From Candidatus Marinacidobacterales bacterium (GTDB taxonomy: Bacteria; Acidobacteriota; Vicinamibacteria; Marinacidobacterales; SMYC01): DNA of 64,000 bases. The stretch is taken from the NCBI GenBank assembly GCA_965224085.1, contig CBDCYI010000005.1, forward strand, positions 1,728,001 to 1,792,000, given 5' to 3'. Position 1 is the stretch's first letter; every line of letters begins with the position of its first letter. Shown in pieces: positions 28,634-37,445 of this stretch. The position numbers and the translations under genes are program-made. A model generated the notes under the pieces. The model did not search any database. It saw only the letters and a list, made by a program, of their open reading frames with translations, and was not told where the DNA came from.

Positions 28634-31322
28634 CCGTACCGGCGCCAGCTTTCGGTAGGCTCAGCAAGTTTGCGAAGAGCCGATAGGCCGAAGGGACACC
28701 TGCTGGAAGCTGTCGAAAAAAGCCGAGCCCGATATAAATCCAACGTCCCTGCCCGTACTTCGCCTCGACGAGCATCCCTTTCTTGACGCCTTCGTTGTAC
28801 TCCCAAGGATCTTCCGACGCGAGCAGCTCCGTGTAGTGTGGATCGCCTTCGGGGTCGAGGAAGTAGAGCCCGCGCTCTTGAACCCAGCCGCCCCAATCGT
28901 CTTCGGTGATTTTGTTGGGAGCGTTGAAGACTGGGTGGTCGGGCACGAGGATGTCGATGGGCGCTTCCTCTACAGTGACGCGGTTGCGGCTGACTTTCTT
29001 CGGATAGGGTCCCCACTGAGCGTTGTTGAACTCGAACTTGTTGTATTGAACGAGAAGGGTCCCGCCGCTCGAGACGTAGTCAAGCAGCCGATGGTTGTAG
29101 GAGCGCAGGTCCTCCCGGCTCAAGTAAGCGCGGATGCCGGTCATGATGACGTCATATTGCGAGAGGTCACCCTCGGCGAGGTCCTCGGTCGTAAGTAATG
29201 CGAGCTTCGCGCCGAGCTGCCGAATGGCGGTCGGGATCTCGTCGCCGACGCCCATGACGTAGCCCACCGAGACGGGAGCGATCGCGAGGTCGAGCGCTTG
29301 CACCGTAGCTTCCGCGGGATGGTAGAGATAGCGCGTTTGGATGTGATCGTAAGCGATCGTCTGGACACCTTCGCGAAACGCTTCGCCGTTCAGTTGTGCC
29401 GTTGCTTTGACGCGATAGGTGCCGCTCGCGACGCCCTCGGGAGGCATGATGCGAAAGCGTATCGACACGGCTTCGTTCTCGCGCTCGAAGCCGAGCGCTG
29501 CTTCGGCAGGCTCGACGGTCCAACCCGAGGGAACGTCGAGAGACAATGTGCCTTCGGCGGGCTCCGTGCCTTTGTAGAGGGCGTTTACCGAAATGGGCCG
29601 CGTCTTGTCGTCGGCGCTCGTCGGGAAAACGATGATGCCCGGTGATAGCGTGACGGAGACGAGCGGTAAGACCGACACCTGCTTCTGCTTTTCGCCGCCA
29701 ACCCACGGACCGGGATAGCGATACTGGACGGGGCGCTCCACGCTGAACGCGGTCGTTCCCGAGCGCAGCACGACAATGGCGTGAAGGCTCGGCCGCCGCC
29801 ACGGCAGGCCGAAAAACTCCGGCTCGGTTAGATCGAAGCGGTCGATGGTTTTGTCGTTGCGCGTCCAGTACGGGCGGTCGTAACTCGCGTCCTGTGCTAC
29901 CGTGACCCCGTAGCCTGCGTCGAGCGCGTAGTTTTCGGACAGCGCCTCCGGAAAATCGGGAAAGATGTCCTCGCCGTCATCGTTTTTTTCTATTGGCGCT
30001 ACGATCCATCCCTTCGGCGCGTCGATGTCGATCGACCGAAGCTCGACGGGCTGGGGACTTCGGTTCGTGACGCGGACGTCGACTTTCAGCTTCGAGCCGC
30101 GCGTCACTTCGCCGCGGTCGGCCACGGAGTCCAAGCCGATCCCGTGCGCGAGCCCGAGGGCGATCTCGAAGTCTCTTTCTTTCGGCGCGAGACGGTGCTC
30201 GAGCTCGTAACGCGCGGCCTCCGAGAGGCCGCTCCCGGCGACGCCCGCTCGCAGCTTGCGCACGGCCTTGAGTCCTCGCCGCAAAGCCGGGACCGTCTTC
30301 CACGGCTCGGCGGCATCGAAAGCACTGTTCGCCGCGTCGACCTCCTTTTGGATGGCGTTCAAGCCGAGGCCGACGAACGCTGCGTCTTCACCTTCGCCGG
30401 CCACGAAAGCTTCGAGGCGCGCGAGTCCGGTCTCGATGCCGTCGAAGAGGTCCGTCTCGTCGGAAGCCACATCGATCACATGGTCTTCGAGCCGCCAAAC
30501 CGATTGTCGCGAGCCCGGGAACGCGCGCAGCTGACCCATGCCCTGGCATCTGTGGTTCGAGCGTCCCTCGAGCCCCATTTGATAGTAGGAACGGCCGAGA
30601 ATGGGATCGTAGAGGCCCGTATCGAGCCGCACGAGATGAAGATCTTCCTCGGGTTCCTGCGGCAGGCGTCTTGGACCGAATCCTACGCGCGTGCGCGAAT
30701 AGAGCTTGAGCGGCTGCCATGGGCGGAGCCCGTTCTCGAATTGCTGGGGAAACCGGTTCGGATCCGCGGCCGCGCGGAACGCTTCCGCGGTGAGAAGCCC
30801 GGAGGTCTGGTGATGCTGGCCGCCGCCCGCACCGCGAGGCGGCAGCATCACGACGACGTCAGGCCGAACCGTGCGGATGATGCGGACGATATCTTCGAAA
30901 ATCTCGTTTTTGCCCCACTTTTCGAGGGTCTCCTCGACGCTGAACGAATAGCCGAACTCGTAGGCGCGGGTAAAATATTGGTCGACCCCGTCGTAACGGT
31001 GCATCGCCATGAGCTCTTCGGTTCGCAAAATACCGATGGCTTCGAAAAGCTCGGGGCCGATCTCGTTCTGGCCCCCGTCCCCGCGCGTCGCGGTGAGTAG
31101 CGCGGTGCGAAAGCCCCTGCCGCGGCTCAGCATCACGAGGAGGCCGTTGTCTTCATCATCAGGGTGCGCCGTCGTATGCAAAAACGTCGCGCCCGCGCCG
31201 AGCTTCCGCAGCTGCAACGCGAGTCCACTAGCGCCGCGGTCCTCAGGAATAGGCTCGAGCTGCGCGAGCGAAAACGTGGCGGTCAGAAGAAGTGCAAGAG
31301 TAATCAAAGAAAGACGTTTCAT
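28626..31322 (-). CDS. Secreted PIG-L family deacetylase with Ig-like (NEW3-type) and C-terminal glutamine-amidotransferase-like domains
   Basis: AHPDDED, TRGDGGQNEIG, GQHHQ; WVQERGLYF. Confidence 0.9.
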   Translation of the reverse strand: MKRLSLITLALLLTATFSLAQLEPIPEDRGASGLALQLRKLGAGATFLHTTAHPDDEDNGLLVMLSRGRGFRTALLTATRGDGGQNEIGPELFEAIGILRTEELMAMHRYDGVDQYFTRAYEFGYSFSVEETLEKWGKNEIFEDIVRIIRTVRPDVVVMLPPRGAGGGQHHQTSGLLTAEAFRAAADPNRFPQQFENGLRPWQPLKLYSRTRVGFGPRRLPQEPEEDLHLVRLDTGLYDPILGRSYYQMGLEGRSNHRCQGMGQLRAFPGSRQSVWRLEDHVIDVASDETDLFDGIETGLARLEAFVAGEGEDAAFVGLGLNAIQKEVDAANSAFDAAEPWKTVPALRRGLKAVRKLRAGVAGSGLSEAARYELEHRLAPKERDFEIALGLAHGIGLDSVADRGEVTRGSKLKVDVRVTNRSPQPVELRSIDIDAPKGWIVAPIEKNDDGEDIFPDFPEALSENYALDAGYGVTVAQDASYDRPYWTRNDKTIDRFDLTEPEFFGLPWRRPSLHAIVVLRSGTTAFSVERPVQYRYPGPWVGGEKQKQVSVLPLVSVTLSPGIIVFPTSADDKTRPISVNALYKGTEPAEGTLSLDVPSGWTVEPAEAALGFERENEAVSIRFRIMPPEGVASGTYRVKATAQLNGEAFREGVQTIAYDHIQTRYLYHPAEATVQALDLAIAPVSVGYVMGVGDEIPTAIRQLGAKLALLTTEDLAEGDLSQYDVIMTGIRAYLSREDLRSYNHRLLDYVSSGGTLLVQYNKFEFNNAQWGPYPKKVSRNRVTVEEAPIDILVPDHPVFNAPNKITEDDWGGWVQERGLYFLDPEGDPHYTELLASEDPWEYNEGVKKGMLVEAKYGQGRWIYIGLGFFRQLPAGVPSAYRLFANLLSLPKAGAGTGE

Positions 31323-31477
31323 CGGAGAGCCTCGTCGACCTCGTAAAATCGATACCTTCGAGCAGCATATTGAGCGACCCGAGAGATGTCAAAACACCGC
31401 TCCGCGAAAAGGTGTCCTGGAAACAGCGGATTACGAAGTGCCGATCCTCTATAATGCGCTCGCTCGAGCGAGGTTTT

Positions 31478-31603
31478 ATGGACAAAGAGCCTGATCTGCC
31501 GCCGCCCATTTTTGAAACTTGGGGGCGCTTCTATGCGGTCGTCATCGCGAATACGCTCGTTATCTATTTGCTGCTCGTTTTGTTCTCAGCTTACGCGCGC
31601 TGA
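31478..31603 (+). CDS. 41-aa single-TM protein preceding the SSS symporter
   Basis: GAGG RBS; MDKEPDLPPPIFETWGRFYAVVIANTLVIYLLLVLFSAYAR. Confidence 0.75.
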   Translation: MDKEPDLPPPIFETWGRFYAVVIANTLVIYLLLVLFSAYAR

Positions 31604-31674
31604 TGCATCCACTTACTTCGCGGATGCATGCCGTTACTCGCTGATGCATCCCTTCTACGTACACTGATGCATCC
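31598..31674 (+). repeat. Four degenerate ~21-23 bp tandem units with (C)TGATGCATCC core
   Basis: ctgatgcatcc at 31600, 31641 and 31664; variant cggatgcatgcc at 31621. Confidence 0.8.
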
Positions 31675-33346
31675 CATCGACTGGCTCGTTGTCGTTGTTT
31701 ACTTCGCGTTGATCGTCTTCATTGGCTATCGGACGGGACGCGGCAATAAAGGGATCAAAGACTTCTTTCTCGCCAGGCGTTCGATGCCGTGGTACGCGAT
31801 CGGGCTTTCGGTCATGGCGACCCAGGCGAGCGCCATCACGCTCGTTGGCACGACCGGTCAGGGTTACGTGGACGGCATGCGCTTCATCCAGATCTATTTC
31901 GGCATGCCGCTCGCGATAGTGATCCTTTGCGTCACGCTCGTGCCTTTCTTTTATCGCGCTAAAGTTTTTACGGCCTATGAGTATCTGGAGAAGCGGTTCG
32001 ACGGGAAGACTCGGAGCTTGACGAGCCTTCTTTTTCTTCTGGGGCGAGGTCTTGCGGACGCCGTTGTGATCTATGCGCCGTCCGTCATACTCGCCATCGT
32101 CTTCGGCATCGATGAAAAGGTCATCATCATCGCGATCGGTCTCGGCGCCACAATCTACACAACGCTCGGCGGCATGCGCGCCGTCATGTGGGTCGAGATG
32201 TGGCAGATGTTGATCATTTTTATCGGGATCTTGTTCTGCCTCGGCTCGGTCATCGTGGGCCTTCCCGACGGGGTCTCGCTCACGGACGCGATCCAGATCG
32301 TCGGGGCTACCGGCCGCGCGGAGACGGTGGACTTCAATCTGGACCCCAACGTCAAATATACCTTTTGGACCGGCGTCTGTGGCGGTATCTTTCTCATGCT
32401 CTCCTATTTCGGGACCGATCAGAGTCAGGTGCAGCGCTATCTGACGGCACGGTCGCTCACCGAAAGCCGGCTCGCGCTTTTGTTCAGCGCGCTCGTCAAG
32501 ATCCCGATGCAGTTCGTCATCCTTCTCACCGGCGCGCTCTTGTTCGTCTTCTATCAATTCGAAAAACCGCCGGTCGTTTTCAATCCTGTAGCGCTCGAGC
32601 GGCTCGCCGACACTCGGCCCAGGGATGTGTCGCAGCTCGAGTCCGATTACGACGCGGCTTTCGAGATCCGCAAAGAGGCCGCGCAAAACTTCGCCGACGC
32701 GCTCGGAGGTATCCGCGAAGACGAGATGCGCAGAATTTTCCTCCAAGCGGATGCGAAGCTCGGCGGGGTTCGTTCCGGGGTGCTCGGGCTCATCCGGGAG
32801 AGCGAGCCTGGTTTCAGCGACACGAATTACGTGTTCCCGACCTTTGTTCTCACGAAGCTTCCTGTCGGGCTCGTCGGGCTCATCCTCGTCGCGATTTTCG
32901 CGGCCGCCATGTCCACCGTGGAGTCTGAGCTCACATCCTTGTCGACAGCGACGGTCGTGGATTTTTATCGGCGCTACGTCCGAAAAGAGGCGGAAGACAG
33001 CCACTTCCTCGTTGTTAGCCGCGTTGCGACGTTGTTCTGGGGAGGCTTCGCGACTTTTTGCGCGCTCTACATGGGCCGGCTCGGCTCTGCCATCGAGGCC
33101 GTGAACCGTATCGGATCTAACTTTTACGGCCCCATACTCGGTGTTTTCGTCCTCGCCATCGGGGCGCGGCGGGCGAACGGCCACGGCGCTTTCGCGGGTG
33201 TTCTGCTCGGCATCGTCGCCGTACAGCTAACGGCCCGCTATTCCGGGATCTCCTATCTCTATTACAACCTCGTCGGGACCGCTGTTTCAGTCGTTTTTGG
33301 CTACCTAATTAGCCTTGTCTTTGCATCGTCTGAGCGGTCTGTATAA
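31667..33346 (+). CDS. Sodium:solute symporter family protein
   Basis: SVMATQASAIT, TAYEYLEKRF, YFGTDQSQVQRYL, AAAMST. Confidence 0.95.
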   Translation: MHPIDWLVVVVYFALIVFIGYRTGRGNKGIKDFFLARRSMPWYAIGLSVMATQASAITLVGTTGQGYVDGMRFIQIYFGMPLAIVILCVTLVPFFYRAKVFTAYEYLEKRFDGKTRSLTSLLFLLGRGLADAVVIYAPSVILAIVFGIDEKVIIIAIGLGATIYTTLGGMRAVMWVEMWQMLIIFIGILFCLGSVIVGLPDGVSLTDAIQIVGATGRAETVDFNLDPNVKYTFWTGVCGGIFLMLSYFGTDQSQVQRYLTARSLTESRLALLFSALVKIPMQFVILLTGALLFVFYQFEKPPVVFNPVALERLADTRPRDVSQLESDYDAAFEIRKEAAQNFADALGGIREDEMRRIFLQADAKLGGVRSGVLGLIRESEPGFSDTNYVFPTFVLTKLPVGLVGLILVAIFAAAMSTVESELTSLSTATVVDFYRRYVRKEAEDSHFLVVSRVATLFWGGFATFCALYMGRLGSAIEAVNRIGSNFYGPILGVFVLAIGARRANGHGAFAGVLLGIVAVQLTARYSGISYLYYNLVGTAVSVVFGYLISLVFASSERSV

Positions 33347-33475
33347 TGGAAGTACACGAAACGGCCAGGTCTTAGCTCCATCCAGCCGGCTACACTGTCC
33401 GAGTACGTCTTGAGCAAGTTCATTTTTTCCGTCGAGAGTCTCGAGCCCCTCGTTCTTCTGACGACGCTCGTCCTT

Positions 33476-34844
33476 ATGGGGGTGGCCAAGGGCGGTGCGG
33501 GGTGGAAAAAGATGTTCGGGCTCGGCAAGAAAGAAAAGAGCCCGGCTTCTGGTGCGGACCCTGCGCTCGCCGCGGGCGATTGGGAGCGGGCCGCCAAGAT
33601 ATTCGAAAAAGACGGACGTTATCGTGATGCGGCCAAGCTTTATCGAGGCAAGGGGCAGAACCACGAAGCAGCGCGTCTTCTCGTGCGCGCTGGAGCGCTT
33701 ACGGAAGCAGCGTCCATCTTCGAGCGGGTCGGACATTATCAAAAGGCTGCGGAGGTGTGCGCGCAGTCCGGGGACAACAAAAGAGCGGGCGAGAACTACC
33801 GGCACTACCTCGAAGACCGGTTCGGCACCCTCGCCCTCGCGCGCTCTCCGGCGGACCATGCGGAGTTCACGAAATATTGCCGGCTTGCCGGGCAAGCCTT
33901 CGAGCGCGCCGGACTTCTCGATCAAGCTGCGGAAGTGCTCGAGCGTGGCGAGCAGTGGGAGGATGCGGCTGCGCTGTTCCTCAAGCTCAATCGTCACGTG
34001 AAAGCCGCCGATCTCTATGAGCGTGCCGGAGCGGTGGACCACGCTGCCGACGCCTACGCGCAAGCGGGCGACCGTGTGCGCGCCGCGCAAATGCGAGGCG
34101 AGCATCTTTACAAGCAAGATCAGAAAAACGAGGCGGCGGTGCAGTTTCTCCTCGGTGGCGATCCGCTTCGAGCTGCCGAAGTCTACGAAGAAGCGGGAAA
34201 TTATCTCGACTCCGCACGCTGCTACGAGCATTGCGGCGCCCACCGTCAGGCCGCCGAGGCCTATGAGCGCGTGGAGCAATTCGGCCGCGCGGCGGAAATG
34301 TACGGACGGAGCCAGGACTATAAGAAAGCCGCGGCGCTCTACGAGAAGGCCGAAGACTGGGGCCAGGCGGCGCGGATGTTCGCCGAGTCAGGCGACTATT
34401 ATCGCGCCGCGAAGAACGCGCGCAAAGAGGGACTCACCGAGTTCGCCATCGACTGCCTCCAGAAGATCGAGACAACGAACCCCAATTATCAAGAATCCCT
34501 CGTCGAGCTCGGGCAGAGTTTCATGGAGCGGGATCTGCCGGGTGTCGCCGTGGAGAAGTTGAAGAAGGCGCTTCACGATCAGCCACTCGCGGCCAAGAAT
34601 CTCGACATCTATTACACGCTCGCGGTCGCTTCCGAGCAGATGGGTAGCTACGAAAAAGCTGTGGAGATCCTCAAGCAGATCGTCGCGGAAAACTACAGCT
34701 ATCGGGACGCCGTCGGGCGGCTCCAGGAGCTCCAGAAGAAGCCGGCGAAAGGGGCCACCGAGCCGTCACGCCATCAAGCCGCCAAAGAAGAGCTCGGTGG
34801 CAAGCGCTATGAGTTCATTGAGAAACTCGGCGCCGGCGGGATGG
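33476..34844 (+). pseudogene. 5' part of a TPR/SNAP-repeat Ser/Thr protein kinase gene, interrupted by IS110
   Basis: Repeats of AAxxYExAG; ends RYEFIEKLGAGGM then runs into IS sequence; start could be 33410, 33476 or 33512. Confidence 0.9.
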
Positions 34845-34859
34845 ACTCCCCACGCCGGA

Positions 34860-36155
34860 TCAAGAGAAAACCTTCTTCGTAGGAATCATCGTCGATTCGC
34901 TTTTTGTTGTGGACGACCGCGAGGGGTCGTAAAGAGTTCTTTGTCGAAGCATCGCCATGGCGATGGGTAGAATGCGGTCCATGACGCCTCTGAGAGCTCT
35001 GGCATGGCTGTGGCCCGCGTCGCGAAGCCGATCGTAGTGCTTTTTAAAGTGTGGGTCGCGAAGCACGGCAGTGCTGGCCCAATGATGGAGAGCGTTATTG
35101 AGGGGCAAAGAGCGAGCTCTCCTCATCAGGATAGTTGGTCGCAACTGACCGCGCTTGCCGCTTTTTTTCGTGACGGGTGCGATGCCGCTGAGAGTCCTGA
35201 AGGCTTTGAGATTTCGTAGCCGAATGGGGTCGTGGGCATAGCAGAGCACGGAGGCGAGCACGTAAGCACCGACGCCGGGCAAAGAGGCAAGAATGGCAGC
35301 GTCGGAGCACTGCTTGTCGTTTAGTGCTTGCAAGCGCTTGAACCACTTCTCGAGATGCTGGTCGGAGGCACGACGATGTTGTCGAACGAGGAGCAACTGC
35401 TGAAGGAGCAGTTCGAGATGCTCAGAAGTAGCTTTGGTGGTTGCATGCGCGACTCGGAGTGGTTTTTGATTGAGGGTATCGAGGATCTGCTCGGGTTTTA
35501 CGCGTCGGATGCGGTGTTTTTTAACGAGCGTCTCGATGGTGTGGCGGCTAAGAGAGTTGGGGCTGGATTCGAAGAAGAGTTTTAGGAGCTCGCAGAAAAA
35601 CGCGTCGAGAGCCTTATTCTTTGGCGCGAGCGAGACGAGGTGAGGCCAACAGCGAGTAAGGAGTTCTCGGATCTGCGAGCTGAGGGCAACGTGGTTTTTG
35701 ACAAGTTGGTCGCGGGTGCTCAACAGCCCGCGCATAGCAAGGATCTCCGGAGGTGGAAGTTGCAAGCGCTGAAAGCGGTGACCGTCGGTTCTGAGCGAAT
35801 CGGCGAGAACGAAGGCGTCGCGCCGATCATCCTTGGCGCCGCTCATAGAATGCCGGTCGCGGAAACGGTCGACCTGCTTGGGATTGATGGAGAAAATGGC
35901 GATGGCGTTGTCAAGAAAGAGCTCGACGACGGCTCCATGAGGCTTTTCGATCGCCACTGCGATGCGCTCGGTGTCTTGCGTGGTCAGTTCCAGAAGCCAG
36001 CCGATCGTTTCTGAAAGTCCTTCGCGGCTATGAGGAAAGCCGCGCTCCCCCATAAATTGTCCCCTGGTATCGACCACGCTGGCCAAGTGAAGCCATTGGC
36101 CCAGGTCGACACCGACGAAGAAGTCGTAGTCGAGCTGATTCCTGGAAGAACTCAT
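34860..36155 (-). CDS. IS110-family transposase / bridge recombinase
   Basis: DEDD residues in GVDLG, AIEKP, KDDRRDA; C-domain SLPGVG, SGIAPVTKKSGK, HARALR. Confidence 0.96.
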   Translation of the reverse strand: MSSSRNQLDYDFFVGVDLGQWLHLASVVDTRGQFMGERGFPHSREGLSETIGWLLELTTQDTERIAVAIEKPHGAVVELFLDNAIAIFSINPKQVDRFRDRHSMSGAKDDRRDAFVLADSLRTDGHRFQRLQLPPPEILAMRGLLSTRDQLVKNHVALSSQIRELLTRCWPHLVSLAPKNKALDAFFCELLKLFFESSPNSLSRHTIETLVKKHRIRRVKPEQILDTLNQKPLRVAHATTKATSEHLELLLQQLLLVRQHRRASDQHLEKWFKRLQALNDKQCSDAAILASLPGVGAYVLASVLCYAHDPIRLRNLKAFRTLSGIAPVTKKSGKRGQLRPTILMRRARSLPLNNALHHWASTAVLRDPHFKKHYDRLRDAGHSHARALRGVMDRILPIAMAMLRQRTLYDPSRSSTTKSESTMIPTKKVFS

Positions 36156-36168
36156 TGCCGTCAGCGCA

Positions 36169-36303
36169 TGTGATGTTTCATCGGCCCCTGTACCGGCGCT
36201 CGAAGCGCAACTCCCCATTGGATGTCCATCACAAGAAAATTGCCGGCACGCGTGTCCATACCGGGCGCTCGGAGCGCAGGGCGAAGTATGGCGTTGCCGG
36301 CAA
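36169..36303 (-). ncRNA. Bridge RNA (target-binding loop 36240-36303, donor-binding loop 36169-36233); exact ends unknown
   Basis: Two stem/internal-loop modules, each with a GCGC-U(C/U)CGA-GCGC hairpin, flanked by guides matching the insertion site and the circle junction. Confidence 0.88.
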
Positions 36304-36350
36304 GCTGCTGACGAAATCGAAAATAGTTCAAGCTCATCGTGAGATTTGCT

Positions 36351-36767
36351 CTACCACTGCAATCGAAGCTGGCGCGCGATGCCACCAGCTCGTGCTGGTT
36401 TTTTTCTCGGTTGTTTCGGGCGAAGCACGTCTGCGAGTTTTTCTCGAAGGTAGCGAACATAAGGCGGGTCTAGATATTCACTTCGCACTTCCTCGAGCAC
36501 AGGTGAAAAATAGCGAAGGGAGCGAATGGGTTGTAGTGGCTCCTCATGCTCTTGTAGCTCCCGACGAGCGCAACCCAGAAGTAGGGCGCACTCGAATTCG
36601 TATAACGGGACGCCCTGGCGGTAGAGTCGCGTCGCCATGAAGCGATCGTCGCGCCGTGGTCGCTCAGGTGTGTTCGGAATAGAAACATAGATATCCAAAA
36701 CCGCCCGGACATAATCGTTTTCTGTTAGAGCGTCGCTCGTGAGCGGTTTATCACTGAGCTTCGACAT
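36351..36767 (-). CDS. IS-borne accessory hypothetical protein, 138 aa
   Basis: Strong GGAGGT RBS (36772-36780); YVRAVLDIY..DDRFMATRLYRQGVP..PIRSLRYFSPVLEEV. Confidence 0.75.
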   Translation of the reverse strand: MSKLSDKPLTSDALTENDYVRAVLDIYVSIPNTPERPRRDDRFMATRLYRQGVPLYEFECALLLGCARRELQEHEEPLQPIRSLRYFSPVLEEVRSEYLDPPYVRYLREKLADVLRPKQPRKKPARAGGIARQLRLQW

Positions 36768-37156
36768 CCATCCACCTCCCGCGTCCGCCGCAGATACAGC
36801 ATTTGGCATATCCGAAACTGTCAAGCTTCGTTTTCATTGAAAGAACCATCGAGCTCCGTGACCGGATCTGTTCTCTGATTCCTACATTGCCCGAGTTACC
36901 GACGTGAATGGAACCATGATCCGTTACTTTTTCTTGGTGTCGTCGATACTCACGTTGCCGGTCCGCACAATCTCGACTGTCCTTCGACACTTTCTCGATC
37001 TTTGCGGTTGTAGCCGCGACACTTTATTAGGCCGGCATGATAAGAGCACGCTTTACCGCAGTAGCAGTGTCCACGGTCACAGCTCTTGCAGATGTAGAAG
37101 GCCTCTGAACAGTTACGACAAAAACGCTGGTACACAACGACTGGTTTGGTGGCCAT
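36751..37156 (-). CDS. IS-borne Cys-rich (putative Zn-binding) protein, ~134 aa, with apparent +1 frameshift near 36976
   Basis: CRNC..CKSCDRGHCYCGKAC then, in the next frame, RDCADRQREYRRHQEKVTDHGS..CCICG; overlaps the next ORF's start. Confidence 0.65.
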
Positions 37157-37436
37157 TTGAGACTCAGCAAGCGCTGGACTATGGCCGCCCGTCTGTGAGA
37201 GGCTAGCTTCCACCTGTACTGGAGCGCCTCCTTCGGGGGGCCATCCAAACATCAGAGCCCCGGTCGTTTCTGGCGGCCGGGGCTCGCTATTGTTGCACAG
37301 CAGGCTCACCCTTATCTCGCCGGGGCGAGACGATCTGACTGCCTCGCGCCTACGGCGCGAGATGATGCCTTGTGCATACACATTTTGGTTCGACCTTCCG
37401 CGTAGCTCACGCTTTCGCTGTTCTGACGCTTCCGCA

Positions 37437-37442
37437 AGCGTA
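37437..37442 (-). promoter_or_regulatory. -10 half (TACGCT) of the circle-junction promoter; the -35 TTGATC is at 34858-34863
   Basis: Joined ends read TTGATC-17 nt-TACGCT on the minus strand. Confidence 0.7.
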
Positions 37443-37445
37443 CAG

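Noticed and set aside
31598-31674. Possible mini-CRISPR array
   Set aside because: Repeats about 11 bp with about 10-bp spacers, degenerate, and no cas genes.
31655-33184. Long antisense or alternate-frame ORFs (also 39753-41477, 26757-28496, 11124-12773, 20170-21426)
   Set aside because: Shadow ORFs expected in high-GC DNA; they overlap well-supported genes and have no motifs.
36970-36985. Programmed frameshift in the IS Cys-rich ORF
   Set aside because: No canonical slippery heptamer; other indels in the window make an error or recent mutation more likely.
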